A stretch of 64,000 nucleotides of DNA from an uncultured bacterium. Lineage in GTDB: Bacteria; Krumholzibacteriota; Krumholzibacteriia; Krumholzibacteriales; Krumholzibacteriaceae. Below are positions 16,715 through 26,642 of this stretch, one piece after another. The first letter of the stretch is position 1, and every line of letters starts with the position of its first letter. The stretch covers positions 1-64,000 of the forward strand of contig CBDUYR010000005.1 in assembly GCA_965371515.1 (NCBI GenBank), in the 5' to 3' direction. A program made the position numbers and the translations under genes. The notes below the pieces were generated by a model. That model worked only from the letters and a program-made list of their open reading frames with translations, was not told the DNA's origin and made no database searches.

Positions 16715-17146
16715 TTATTCCTCCCTGATCGCCGGCATGCCGTCTTCATCGACATCATCCTGCCGCTCTTCTCTGACGGCAACGACCATCTCGTTCAGTT
16801 CCTTCGCCATCTGGTACTGATGGATAGCGAAGATCACGGGAAGAAGGATGTACGCCACCCCCGCGGTAAGCGGGACGGCGAAGATCTGGATCACGAAGGT
16901 AAGCCAGAACCAATTCCATTGACCGAGGTAAATGTAGCCTACCGGCCCGAGCAGTATCCAGCCGAGGAAGAAACCGAGCGACGCCGCGACCCCTGGATTC
17001 CTGGTATCCTCGGGGACGCTGAGACGGGTCAGTTCGTACGCGTACAGCTTTCCACCGCCGGGAGGCGCCTTTTCGAGAGGCCTGCCGCAGTTTTCGCAGT
17101 ACTCGCTTCCTTCTTTGACTTCACTACCACATTGCTGGCAGTACAT
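16715..17146 (-). CDS. Zinc-ribbon membrane protein (TM2-like)
   Basis: MYCQQCG...YCENCG, then NPGVAA.L.FF....G.GYIYLGQW and hydrophobic helices. Confidence 0.75.
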   Translation of the reverse strand: MYCQQCGSEVKEGSEYCENCGRPLEKAPPGGGKLYAYELTRLSVPEDTRNPGVAASLGFFLGWILLGPVGYIYLGQWNWFWLTFVIQIFAVPLTAGVAYILLPVIFAIHQYQMAKELNEMVVAVREERQDDVDEDGMPAIREE

Positions 17147-17470
17147 GATGTTTACCTCCGCTTTTGGAATCCTCACTTCCTGTTACGTCAGCCGGAGGAG
17201 GATTGTTTCTCTTTCGTCTAACCATTTTATAGAACAGGGGCATAGAATAACAACGGTTTTTTTACTGTTTTACCGGCGTAAAGGCCTATGAAACAGATTC
17301 ATGGACCGGAATCGGCGGCGTCTGAACCAGATTGACGCCGAATGAAGAATGAGGACTTCTTCTCATAACAATATCGCGCCGGGATTACACCGGAATTCCA
17401 TATATGATCTATCTGCTGAAGGTGACTGCATATTGTGGGTAGAGGCGTGAGCAGATCTGCGTGAGAGGAT

Positions 17471-18742
17471 TCACCGGCCGCTTTCGCTGCGTGCCTTTCT
17501 GAGGCTCTCGAGATTGACGATGGCGGTCACATTCTCGGGGTCGAGCTCGAGCGTCCTCACGAGAAGCCTCTCGGCTTCGTCCAGTTCGCCGATGGACGCA
17601 AGCATCACCGCGAGGTTGATCAGCCCCGTCGGCCAGTCATGCCTCTGGTCAACGACTCCCCGCTGGATCTCGATCGCCTCCTCGGTACGCGAGAGCCTGT
17701 GAAGACACATCGCCACTCTGTCGAGGTTCCCGGGAGTCTCAGGGAGGGTCCGGAACAGGACGAGGGCCTCCCCGTATTCGCCTTCGCGGAAGAACAGCCG
17801 GGCGAGACGCTTCGCCGCCTTCTCGTCGTACTGCTCGTCGAGCATCTCCCGCAGGACCGTCTCCGCTTCCTCCGTCCGCCCCGACCTCGCCAGGGCCTCG
17901 GCATAGTTGAACCTGATCTCGCGGTCGGCCGGATCGGCCGCCAGGGCTTCTTCGAGTGGTTTGACCGCACGGGAGGGCTGGCTGCTCCTCAGCATCAGGA
18001 GCCCGAGCTGGTAGAGAAAATCGGGAGTCATACCGCCCGCGCGTTCCGATTTGACGAAGAGCGTCTCCGCGAGAATGGGATTCGCCTCGGCGACAAGCAT
18101 CCCCTTGAGACCTAGCAGGTACGAATCGCCGGGCGCGTAGTCGAGCCCCTCGTCCACAATGGCGAGCGCCGCTTTCTCCTCCCCCCTCCTGATCCGGACG
18201 ACGGCGAGGTTTCTGTTTATCACCGGGGTGTTCTCAGGCCCGCAGAACATCTTCGCCTCGTTGAGCTCGGTAAGCGCACGTCCCGTCTTGTCCGTCTCGA
18301 GAAGCAGCACGGCGAAATTCAGGTGCGTCTCGCACACCGCGTAGTCGGCGAGCAGCGATTCCTCGAAGAGAACCACCGCCTCGTCCACACTGCCCGTCCT
18401 CCAGAGGGCTTCGGCTTTCTGTCCCTTGAGCCTCGGGTCGGTGCCTCCCGCGGCCTCGAGACTATCGGCTATCCTTATCACCTCATTGTATCCGCCGCGT
18501 TCCAGAAGGGTCAGTATCTGCGTGTCGATGTCACGCCTCGGCTCATCCCAACCTTCCTCCATCGCATCCCTCACGCTGCCCCCGCCGCTCCCGGCGCACG
18601 CGCCGAATATCACCGGCGTGAGTATGGCAGTCGCGAGGAAGATCATCCGGAACGTTCTTGCAGCATGCATATCCATACGGGGAAATGATAAGGTCGCACG
18701 GCCGACGAGTGCCAGATATTTCTGGGATATTATGTCATTCAC
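17471..18742 (-). CDS. Tetratricopeptide repeat protein, probable lipoprotein
   Basis: Hydrophobic stretch ending IFGAC and multiple TPR-like helical repeats (..AL..DP..). The true start may be downstream (e.g. 18676). Confidence 0.75.
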   Translation of the reverse strand: MNDIISQKYLALVGRATLSFPRMDMHAARTFRMIFLATAILTPVIFGACAGSGGGSVRDAMEEGWDEPRRDIDTQILTLLERGGYNEVIRIADSLEAAGGTDPRLKGQKAEALWRTGSVDEAVVLFEESLLADYAVCETHLNFAVLLLETDKTGRALTELNEAKMFCGPENTPVINRNLAVVRIRRGEEKAALAIVDEGLDYAPGDSYLLGLKGMLVAEANPILAETLFVKSERAGGMTPDFLYQLGLLMLRSSQPSRAVKPLEEALAADPADREIRFNYAEALARSGRTEEAETVLREMLDEQYDEKAAKRLARLFFREGEYGEALVLFRTLPETPGNLDRVAMCLHRLSRTEEAIEIQRGVVDQRHDWPTGLINLAVMLASIGELDEAERLLVRTLELDPENVTAIVNLESLRKARSESGR

Positions 18743-18758
18743 TGAAGGACGAACGGGG

Positions 18759-19265
18759 TTACGTGGATTTCTTGAGACCCTTGGTGCGTTGCTCCATGAG
18801 CTTGTGCCGCAGCCTGCCTAAGTACCTGTTCAACGGGTGGTCGCGGTCGATGAATGGGATCACCGGCTTCTTGCGAACCCCCATGCGGGAGAGCTCGAGC
18901 GCCGCGGGGGCGTTCGTGTTGTCCAGCCTGTAAGCCTTCATGAGGTTCTCTCTCGCCTGCATGCGGTCGCCTCTCTCGAGCAGCACGCGGCCCAGGTTGA
19001 CGTACAGCATCGGGTCGCGTTCATGCCCTGCGAGCTTCAGGGCCATCCTGCACATCCTCTCGCCCTTGGCCTCGTCGCCCATCATCGACTCGCATAACCC
19101 CATCGTAGAGAGATATACGGGATTCTCGGGAGATATCTTCAACGCCTGCTCGAGGAGTTTCATGGCCTCGCCGTAGTTATTTTTTTTAATATTGGCTTCC
19201 GCCTTGACGTAGAATTCCCTCGATTCGAAGGTATCTCTCGGCTCAAGCATCAGTTTGTCTGTCAA
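18759..19265 (-). CDS. Short TPR protein
   Basis: ALKISPENP.YL, LYVNLGRV; C-terminal MGVRKKPVIPFIDRDHPLNRYLG. TTG start after a GGAGG RBS. Confidence 0.75.
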   Translation of the reverse strand: MTDKLMLEPRDTFESREFYVKAEANIKKNNYGEAMKLLEQALKISPENPVYLSTMGLCESMMGDEAKGERMCRMALKLAGHERDPMLYVNLGRVLLERGDRMQARENLMKAYRLDNTNAPAALELSRMGVRKKPVIPFIDRDHPLNRYLGRLRHKLMEQRTKGLKKST

Positions 19266-19460
19266 TTCGTGTCCTCCGGTTGCAAAATCCAACCGGGCCG
19301 GCAAAGCATTAAAATCCGAACCCGTTCCAATATTTGAAGTTACACAAACATCGCAGGCCTGGAGGCCGTTCTACGCCGGATTTTGCAATAAACGTTCCGT
19401 TAAGACCGGTTCGACCGAGAAAGCAAACACCTCACCCTGGTGGGCCAGTGACTGGCTATA

Positions 19461-19489
19461 TTGACAAAAACGGCTTACTACGCTATAAT
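19461..19489 (+). promoter_or_regulatory. Perfect-consensus sigma70 promoter
   Basis: TTGACA (19461-19466), 17 nt, TATAAT (19484-19489). Confidence 0.85.
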
Positions 19490-19547
19490 TTACGTACATT
19501 GGACGCATTCCTTTTGGACCGGGAACGCGCGCGCTGCATCAATAAGG

Positions 19548-20795
19548 ATGTGTGAATTGAGAAAGATTCTTCTTACAGGCGTGCTGCTCGTCGGCGCCCT
19601 TTTTCTATCTGCGGCCGGGGCACATGCCCAGGAGTTCGGTTCGATCCAGCTGGTCGGCAATTTCAGCGGGATCACCTGCGAGCCTGACGACGCCGCCAAC
19701 AACATGGATCCCATAGGCGGGAACGTCTGGCAGAAGCTCAAGCTGATCAACGAGCCGGACGACCCCGACACGATATATTTCAAGTTCACCGCGGACGGAT
19801 CGTACATGCCCATGCACTGGGGATGGTCGTTCGTATATGGCTGGGGGACTGCCGCCTATGACTGGAACCCACCGTCGATCGCCTCGGTGTTGCCCGACAG
19901 CGGCTACTGGTATTTCTTCTTCAACGATTCCACGTACGAGTACTGGCTCGACAGGCCTGACGCCAGCATCGTGGGCACCCTCGAATCGGATCAGCCGGGT
20001 GTGCCGGACGGAGCCGTCGTCAGCCTCACCAGCACGAGCGACGGTCATGTAGAATCCTGCTCGCAGTTCCAGGGCAAGAATTTCGATTTCTCACATCTTC
20101 CGGATGGCGAGTTCGTCGTCCTGGCCAGCGCTCCAGGATACAGGGACACGATGGTCACCGGGATCATGACATCTTCCGGCACGGCTACACAGATATCCCT
20201 GACGCTCGTTCCCGTCACCGCCGTCCAGGTAACAACTGCGCAGTGCGAGAGGGTCAATGGTGGCGTGGTCCTTTCCTGGATCGCGTACTGCTGCGGCGAG
20301 ACGACCGGTTTCGACATCTACCGAAGCGACAGCTCCGACCTTGCCTCTGCCGTGAGGAGAAACGAGGAACCGATTTACGGCATCACGAGTTTCAGCTGGT
20401 TCGACGAATGCGACGAGCCGCAGGTCGACAGGTACTACTGGCTGATCGAGCTCGATTCCGCCGACCCGACAATAGTCGGGCCGCTGTTCGCACCGGGGCT
20501 TCCCGGAGTGCCCAGTTCAATAGGCCAGAACTACCCCAATCCCTTCAACCCGGCGACTACGATCCCGTTCACGGTCGGATCGTCCGAAAAGGACAGCCGG
20601 GTGACGATCGCTTTCTACGACGTGTTGGGCAGGACTATAGCCAGGCACGATCTCGGTCATAGATCCGCCGGCGACCACGCGTACGTCTGGAACCCGGCTC
20701 TCTCTTCGGGAAGGTCCATGCCTTCAGGCGTTTACTACTGCAGGCTGCAGATCGGCAAGAAGGCATTCAACCGAAAGATGATTCTGCTCAGGTGA
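19548..20795 (+). CDS. Secreted protein: SusE/X25-like carbohydrate-binding module, carboxypeptidase-regulatory-like domain and FlgD-Ig/T9SS-like CTD
   Basis: Signal peptide; QLVGNF...M...GGNVW...YFKF..DG....WG; L.DGEF.V.ASAPGY; QNYPNPFNP.T.I...YDVLGR...SGVYYCRL...KMILLR. Confidence 0.7.
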   Translation: MCELRKILLTGVLLVGALFLSAAGAHAQEFGSIQLVGNFSGITCEPDDAANNMDPIGGNVWQKLKLINEPDDPDTIYFKFTADGSYMPMHWGWSFVYGWGTAAYDWNPPSIASVLPDSGYWYFFFNDSTYEYWLDRPDASIVGTLESDQPGVPDGAVVSLTSTSDGHVESCSQFQGKNFDFSHLPDGEFVVLASAPGYRDTMVTGIMTSSGTATQISLTLVPVTAVQVTTAQCERVNGGVVLSWIAYCCGETTGFDIYRSDSSDLASAVRRNEEPIYGITSFSWFDECDEPQVDRYYWLIELDSADPTIVGPLFAPGLPGVPSSIGQNYPNPFNPATTIPFTVGSSEKDSRVTIAFYDVLGRTIARHDLGHRSAGDHAYVWNPALSSGRSMPSGVYYCRLQIGKKAFNRKMILLR

Positions 20796-20929
20796 TAAAT
20801 GCTCGCATCGCCGGGGGGAGTTCCGGATTGAACGGATCGAAGTACAGGAAAATCATCCGGGACATGATAGTCCCACAGACCCGGGTCTGCCATGCCCGGA
20901 CCCGGGTCACCTTTTTCAGGATATCATCC

Positions 20930-22840
20930 ATGCTCAAACCCGGGTTCCCTTCAGTCGTCATCCTTCTCGTCGCGCTGGTCCTCCTGCCGGCAATACCTGC
21001 CGGCGCCGATGAGAACGCGATCGATCTCGGCAAGCCGCGCCCTATCAATCCCTCGACAAACAACGGCTTCATCCCGGGAGATCCCGAGGCGATGGAGTTT
21101 TTCGACTTCGAGGGGCCCGTCTTGTACAATCCCGACCAGGACGTGAAGGACCATTCCATCGTGATCGTCGACGGCGTCTATCATATCTTCTACATCGTGG
21201 CCAACGAGAAAACCTTCGGCCATGCCACGTCGACCGACCTTTCCCGGTGGACCTTCCACGAGCCGGTACTTTCGAGGGGACAGCCGGGAGACTGGGACGC
21301 CATAGATATCTGGGCGCCGTGCGTCGTCCTCATGGAAGGGACGGAGGACCACTACCTCATGTTCTATACCGGCGTCAATCCCTCGTGGGCCCAGCTGACC
21401 GGGATAGCCTATTCGACGAACGGCAACCTCGACTACTGGACCAAGGCCGGCGAAGCGCTCATTGAGCCGTTCGCATGCGATACTTTATGGTGCTCCTGGA
21501 GCGAGAACGAGTACAGCAATTTCCGCGACCCCAACTTCTTCGAAGATGATAGCGGTTGTTATCTCACACAGACAACCAGGACCAGTGCCGAGTATGGAGC
21601 CGTGGCGCTCACGAGCGGAGACGGCAGGTTCTCCTGGAGCGATGCCGGACCGATGTACGTGCACGAAAACTGGCACCTGCTCGAGAGTACGTTCCTCCTC
21701 AAGCGGAACGGGAAGTACCATCTCTTCTTCACTGAAGAAGGCCTCGGCGGAACCTCGCACATGTTCTCCGATTCACTGACGAGTGGATGGAATATCATCT
21801 ACAGGTCGATAATCGATCACGGCCACGCCCCTGAGATCACGCGGACCCCGTCCGGGGCCGATATCATCTCGAGGCATACGTCATACCTCGACTACACGGG
21901 GGACAACGTCTACTCTATCAGGTTCGACACCCTCCTGTGGAGCGGCGACGACCCCATAGTCGACCTCGCGCCGCCGCTGGGAGACTGGACCATTCTGAGC
22001 GGAGACGCATTCGATCACCAGCCAGTCTTCGGGGACGCATTCGCTTTCCGCGGCGACGACACGACGAAGGTCGGTTTCGAGGGAAACTGGTGGATAGGGA
22101 CGGCGGAGAGATTCGACGGTCCGATATTCGGATACAGGCCCGGTTCCAAGCAGGGAGACGGGCCGAAAGGCGCCATCCGCTCGAGGACCTTTACCGTGAC
22201 GGGAAGATCGATGCGACTTCTCGTCGGCGGAGGGGATTATCCGGATTCATGTTTCATCGCGCTGATAGACGCCGGCACCGGCGAGACGGCCTACAGCGAG
22301 ACGGGGCGCGGTGTGGAAACGATGGACGAGAGGTTCTGGAATCTCGAGCCTTTCATGGGCCGGCAGGTCTACATAGAGATCGTCGACGACTGTTCGTCCC
22401 CGATGGGACATATCAACGTCGACTCGATCGAGGAAAGCCCGTTCCCGACACGCACGAGCTCGGCCTCGCCGATCTCCGGCGAATTCGTTCCCGTGAAGGA
22501 TGGAGACCAGAATCCGGCGACAGTCTCGATTTCTGCACCGGAAGGCGCTGCGACTCCATACCCCTCTGAAGAAGTATCATGTTCTCCCAATCCGTTCAAT
22601 CCCGTCACAACGATCAGCTTCACGGCCAGTCCGGGCAGCCTGGTCGAGGTGGTAGTGTTCTCCATTGCAGGGAAACGGATCCGCACCGAGACCGTGATGG
22701 CATCCAGCGACGGGACCGGTTCCGTCGTATGGGACGGCAGGAGCGACTGCGGACAGCAGGTCGCTTCCGGCATCTACGCCGCTGCCGTCCTCGAAGGCGG
22801 CAGGATCGTCGGCATGACCAAGCTTGTGCTGCTGAGGTGA
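20930..22840 (+). CDS. Secreted five-bladed beta-propeller glycoside hydrolase (GH32/GH43-like) with FlgD-Ig/T9SS-like CTD
   Basis: KDHSI...YHIFY...GHATSTDL..W, IWAP.V, FRDP, LLES......GKYHLFF; PNPFNP...WDGR...G..VASGIY...KLVLLR. Confidence 0.75.
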   Translation: MLKPGFPSVVILLVALVLLPAIPAGADENAIDLGKPRPINPSTNNGFIPGDPEAMEFFDFEGPVLYNPDQDVKDHSIVIVDGVYHIFYIVANEKTFGHATSTDLSRWTFHEPVLSRGQPGDWDAIDIWAPCVVLMEGTEDHYLMFYTGVNPSWAQLTGIAYSTNGNLDYWTKAGEALIEPFACDTLWCSWSENEYSNFRDPNFFEDDSGCYLTQTTRTSAEYGAVALTSGDGRFSWSDAGPMYVHENWHLLESTFLLKRNGKYHLFFTEEGLGGTSHMFSDSLTSGWNIIYRSIIDHGHAPEITRTPSGADIISRHTSYLDYTGDNVYSIRFDTLLWSGDDPIVDLAPPLGDWTILSGDAFDHQPVFGDAFAFRGDDTTKVGFEGNWWIGTAERFDGPIFGYRPGSKQGDGPKGAIRSRTFTVTGRSMRLLVGGGDYPDSCFIALIDAGTGETAYSETGRGVETMDERFWNLEPFMGRQVYIEIVDDCSSPMGHINVDSIEESPFPTRTSSASPISGEFVPVKDGDQNPATVSISAPEGAATPYPSEEVSCSPNPFNPVTTISFTASPGSLVEVVVFSIAGKRIRTETVMASSDGTGSVVWDGRSDCGQQVASGIYAAAVLEGGRIVGMTKLVLLR

Positions 22841-22915
22841 CTTCCCCTCTCGAGACAAAGACCGTGTTTCCCTTTTTTACTCGCCCGGCTTCTACCTGAA
22901 TGCTATCTTGAACAC

Positions 22916-23557
22916 ATGAAGCATCTTGCATTGACAGCCACGGTTATCGCGGCGGTGCTGTCATCAGGACTCTCCGCGGAGGGCAGCGAGAGTATCAAGA
23001 GCAAGGAGATCCTGGGAATCAGGATCGGCGGCATCCACAGCACCTCCGGGCTCGACGAAGCCTTCGGGTCGGGGAGCGAGCTCGAGATCTATTTCTACCA
23101 CGGTCTGACATCGTCGGCGGCGTTAGGCATTTCTCTGTCGGGGCACGATTTCGGAAAATCGCGGCTTCCTGAAAAAGATCTCGAGTTCCTCGGGATTCCC
23201 CAGCCGGTCGATTTCATGATCTACTCCCTCACCGGATGCCTGATGGCGAAGACCGACCTGTCGAAAAAGCTCAGGATCAGCGGCGAGTTCGGCGGGGGAC
23301 TTTACACGAGTACCACGAGCATTCCAGCCGGCGCTATGATAGAGGGACGGATCACATATAACCATCCGGGGCTTTACGTCGGCAGCGAGCTCTCGTGGCG
23401 TCTGTCGAAGGGCGGGATCCATCTCAGCCTGGGCGGGAAGTGGCATTACGCATTCACGGGCACCGATTACAGGCAGCCGATTTACGTATACACGGGCAGG
23501 GACTATACGCACTTTTTCCAGGTGACTCTCGGCATATCCTTTTACACTGACGACTGA
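22916..23557 (+). CDS. Outer-membrane beta-barrel protein (OmpA/OmpW-like)
   Basis: Signal peptide, amphipathic strands, ends QVTLGISFY. Confidence 0.65.
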   Translation: MKHLALTATVIAAVLSSGLSAEGSESIKSKEILGIRIGGIHSTSGLDEAFGSGSELEIYFYHGLTSSAALGISLSGHDFGKSRLPEKDLEFLGIPQPVDFMIYSLTGCLMAKTDLSKKLRISGEFGGGLYTSTTSIPAGAMIEGRITYNHPGLYVGSELSWRLSKGGIHLSLGGKWHYAFTGTDYRQPIYVYTGRDYTHFFQVTLGISFYTDD

Positions 23558-23597
23558 GCCGGCCCGCAACACGGCAAGGGAATCACGGTCTTAAAAA

Positions 23598-24146
23598 ATG
23601 GAGGCAGAGTTGAGCGACAGGGAAGAGCTTAAGAAGATCCTGATCGAACGGTCGATTCTCAAGGGTGATTTCACGCTGGTCTCGGGCAAGAAGAGCACCT
23701 ACTACATCAACGGCAAGATGACGACCCTCCACGCAAAGGGCCTGTACCTTTCCGCCAGGCTCCTGCTCGAGAGCCTGGGCGACCTCGAATACGACGGGTT
23801 CGCCGGTCCGGTCATCGGCGCCGATCCGATCATCGGGGCACTGCTCGCCCTTTCGGCCGAGCGTGGCGAGGAGAAGGAAGGCTTTCTCATCCGAAAGGAA
23901 GCGAAGGGTCACGGCACACAGAAGCTCGTCGAAGGAAAACTCGAGTCGGGAATGAAAGTGATAATCGTCGAGGACGTCGTCACCACCGGCGGCTCCCTTC
24001 TAAGGGCGGCGGAGGCCATAGAGGCCGGCGGCGGCGAGATCGCTGCGGTCCATGTGCTTGTTGACAGGGAAGAAGGCGCCGTGGACAGGATCGCCGGGGC
24101 AGGTTACGAGTTCAGGTCGCTCTTCAGGGTCAGCGAGCTTCTCTGA
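23598..24146 (+). CDS. pyrE: Orotate phosphoribosyltransferase
   Basis: GDFTLVSGKKSTYYI, IRKEAKGHGT, IVEDVVTTGGS, VLVDREEG. Confidence 0.95.
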   Translation: MEAELSDREELKKILIERSILKGDFTLVSGKKSTYYINGKMTTLHAKGLYLSARLLLESLGDLEYDGFAGPVIGADPIIGALLALSAERGEEKEGFLIRKEAKGHGTQKLVEGKLESGMKVIIVEDVVTTGGSLLRAAEAIEAGGGEIAAVHVLVDREEGAVDRIAGAGYEFRSLFRVSELL

Positions 24147-24540
24147 CCTCGGCAAAGCATATCCCGGTCGCCACGACCGCTCCGCCACCAAACAGTCCCT
24201 TCCACTTCACGCGCACCGATACCCGGCTGACCTCGCCGGACGGATCGCGCACGATTCTGGTGTCGAGCCAATATACGGCGCCGCAGCCGTCGTCGCAGCT
24301 CATGATCCGGCCTTCCGCGGAGCATTTTCCCGTCAGCTTCATCTCTTCCATCGCCCTGTCGAGATGCATCTCGGCGATCATAGACGCCTCTGCGGCGGGA
24401 TCCCAGTTCTTCGACTCGGCGCCCGTGAACAGCATGGGTGACGAGATGACGCACGCCAGGAGAAGACTCGAGACTGCTGTGAGGATAACGATTTGAGTAG
24501 ATCGAATCCGCTTTTCCACCGGTGTCCTCCCACAAGACAT
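24130..24540 (-). CDS. Hypothetical protein with N-terminal TM helix (possibly minor-pilin-like)
   Basis: Hydrophobic N-terminal segment, a helix A..IA....MEE, and C-terminal RVSVRVKW; fills the gap between genes. Confidence 0.4.
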   Translation of the reverse strand: MSCGRTPVEKRIRSTQIVILTAVSSLLLACVISSPMLFTGAESKNWDPAAEASMIAEMHLDRAMEEMKLTGKCSAEGRIMSCDDGCGAVYWLDTRIVRDPSGEVSRVSVRVKWKGLFGGGAVVATGICFAEVREAR

Positions 24541-24664
24541 CTATCAGGAAACACCCCGTAGCGGAAAAGCATCGCATTAAACATGCCAGAGGGAACCCGG
24601 CCCGCCGGGGAGGCGGATCTGGTATCGAGAGTATGTAATCGTCCTGATCAGAGCAGTTTGCGGA

Positions 24665-25438
24665 TCAGGGCATCGTAACCGCTGTATCGCTCTCCATCAC
24701 CGTGAAGAAATCGTCGGGGAAATCGACGCCGAAACTGACGACCGGTAACAGAAACTCGAAGTATTCCACGTTCTTGTAGTAGCCGGTAAACCTGTTGGGG
24801 AACCAGATACCGTCTGTCTTGACGTAATCGGAATACTCCTCCCTGAAGGAGAAACTCGAGTCGGAAACGCTTGAAATTGTGACCTGCCTGACGAGGAACG
24901 ACTCCTCGTCGAGGCCGACATCGACGATGTTGTCCATCTTCTCGAACCTGATGTGATACAGGCCGTCCCAGTATTTGCTCTCGATATGCTCCAGGGCAAG
25001 CCCGCCGGCGTTCAGGTAGTCCAGGATCATCGGAAACCTGTACCCGATCATCTCGACTTCCCACTCCGGTACGTCCGCCGCCCCCTTCCTGCGAGACCAC
25101 GCGAGCCTCTCACTCTCGTTTACTACTAGGAGCTGAAGATCGACGACCTCTCCCTCGAAGACCCTGTATGTCTTCGTCTTGTATTCCATTCCCCTCTGAA
25201 ATACGTCGAAGGGATAGTTAGTCGCGACATGTCCCGGCGGGAGCTGTTTTCTGAATCCCCTGCCCTCGAAGCTCGTAAGCAGGGGGAGGTTCCTCTCTCC
25301 GCCATATGCCTTTAACATCTTCTCGACGGCGTCTTCCGGGTCCTTCACGTTCCCCGAGCACGACGCGATCAGCGCCGCGGAGGCGACCAGCGCCAGTGTC
25401 AATTTAACGAATCTTCCCGATCCTGTCATGGAAGCCAC
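24665..25438 (-). CDS. Hypothetical lipoprotein (LolA/outer-membrane sorting-like fold)
   Basis: Lipobox IASC; ML.AYGG...L; YSDYVKTDGIWFP. Confidence 0.65.
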   Translation of the reverse strand: MASMTGSGRFVKLTLALVASAALIASCSGNVKDPEDAVEKMLKAYGGERNLPLLTSFEGRGFRKQLPPGHVATNYPFDVFQRGMEYKTKTYRVFEGEVVDLQLLVVNESERLAWSRRKGAADVPEWEVEMIGYRFPMILDYLNAGGLALEHIESKYWDGLYHIRFEKMDNIVDVGLDEESFLVRQVTISSVSDSSFSFREEYSDYVKTDGIWFPNRFTGYYKNVEYFEFLLPVVSFGVDFPDDFFTVMESDTAVTMP

Positions 25439-25476
25439 ATTCTCCCCTTTCGATCTTCTTCTTACAATCACGCCGA

Positions 25477-26466
25477 TCACTGGAGATGCCCGGACTCGAT
25501 CAGCTCGTTTTTTCCGTCTCTCGCCAGGGCGTATGAAAATCCTTCTTTGAGCGCGAACGCGCCGATCTCACCCCTTTTATTAACCGCGATATAGCCTACC
25601 TGGAAATCGATCTTCCCGCCCTGCTTCTCGAATATCCTTTCGAGAGCGGCCCTGCAGGCCTTCTCCGGGGACATCCCCCTGCGCATGTTCTCCACTACGA
25701 GGAAACTGCCGCATGTCTTGATGACGGCCTCTCCCCTGCCGGTCGCCGCGACGGCGCCGACCTCGTTGTCGACGTACATCCCCGCGCCGATTATCGGCGA
25801 GTCTCCCACTCGCCCGTGTATCTTGAATGCCAGGCCCGAGGTCGTGCATGCGCCGGCGAGATCGCCGGCCGCGTCGAGCGCGATCATTCCTATCGTGTCG
25901 TGGTTCTTCTCGCCCCCGGGAAACCAGTCGTCCTTCCCGCTCAACCCCGACTTCCACTTAACCCAAGCCTTCCTTGCTTCCTCGGTCAACAGGTCCTCGC
26001 GTTCGAAACCGACCCTGCGCGCGAACTCCTCGGCGCCCCCTCCGACGACCATCACGTGGTCGGTGTCTTCCATCACCCTTCGGGCGATCGATATCGGATG
26101 CTTGTATCCCTCGACGAACGCAGTCGAACCGCAGTTCCCGTCCGGCCCCATTATGCATGCGTCGAGCGTCACCCTGCAGTCCTCGTCGGGGATGCCGCCG
26201 TAACCGACGCTCCTCACCTCAGGGTCCGCCTCAGGGACCTGCACACCGGCCTCGACCGAATCCAGCGCCGTCCCTCCCGACGAAAGTATCCTCCATGCGG
26301 CATCGTTCGCCGCAATCCCATGTTTCCATGTCGATATCACGACGGGGCCGCCCCTGCCGCCACTCCCGGCGGGACCGGCGAACAACCTGTCCATTGGGAT
26401 GAGCCCGCCGGCTGCGCCGAGGGCCGCGGACATCTTCAGAAAAGTTCTACGCGTGAAGCCTGGCAT
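25477..26466 (-). CDS. N(4)-(beta-N-acetylglucosaminyl)-L-asparaginase (glycosylasparaginase), Tat-exported
   Basis: TRRTFLK Tat motif, ALDSVEAG...E.DP...SVGYGG.PD, TLDACIM, HD|TIG autocleavage site, TTSG...K..GRVGDSPIIGAG. Confidence 0.92.
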   Translation of the reverse strand: MPGFTRRTFLKMSAALGAAGGLIPMDRLFAGPAGSGGRGGPVVISTWKHGIAANDAAWRILSSGGTALDSVEAGVQVPEADPEVRSVGYGGIPDEDCRVTLDACIMGPDGNCGSTAFVEGYKHPISIARRVMEDTDHVMVVGGGAEEFARRVGFEREDLLTEEARKAWVKWKSGLSGKDDWFPGGEKNHDTIGMIALDAAGDLAGACTTSGLAFKIHGRVGDSPIIGAGMYVDNEVGAVAATGRGEAVIKTCGSFLVVENMRRGMSPEKACRAALERIFEKQGGKIDFQVGYIAVNKRGEIGAFALKEGFSYALARDGKNELIESGHLQ

Positions 26467-26557
26467 CGGTTCCTCCTTTTACCGTCGAAAGATCGTCTGG
26501 AGGATTATATTTCAACGCGCCGTGAGGTTCCACAGAGAAAAGTCCTCGGAGCGCCGA

Positions 26558-26597
26558 TAAAAATACCGGGCGGCTGCCGGATGCCTCCGCCCGGTAT
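26558..26597 (-). terminator. Intrinsic terminator after the sdh operon
   Basis: 11-bp inverted repeat ATACCGGGCGG/CCGCCCGGTAT followed by a T-run on the minus strand. Confidence 0.7.
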
Positions 26598-26642
26598 GTC
26601 TTCTGATCGCAAGCGGCCACGACGTCGGGCCGCCGTCTTCCT

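Noticed and set aside
17180..17470. Intergenic region of about 300 bp with a CGGCGTC/GACGCCG hairpin (17316-17340), as a possible ncRNA or terminator
   Set aside because: Only a 7-bp stem with no U-tract, no second copy noticed in the window, and no recognisable RNA family.
19461..19547. ORF-track TTG start at 19461
   Set aside because: That TTG is the -35 hexamer of a consensus promoter. The signal peptide begins at 19548/19557.
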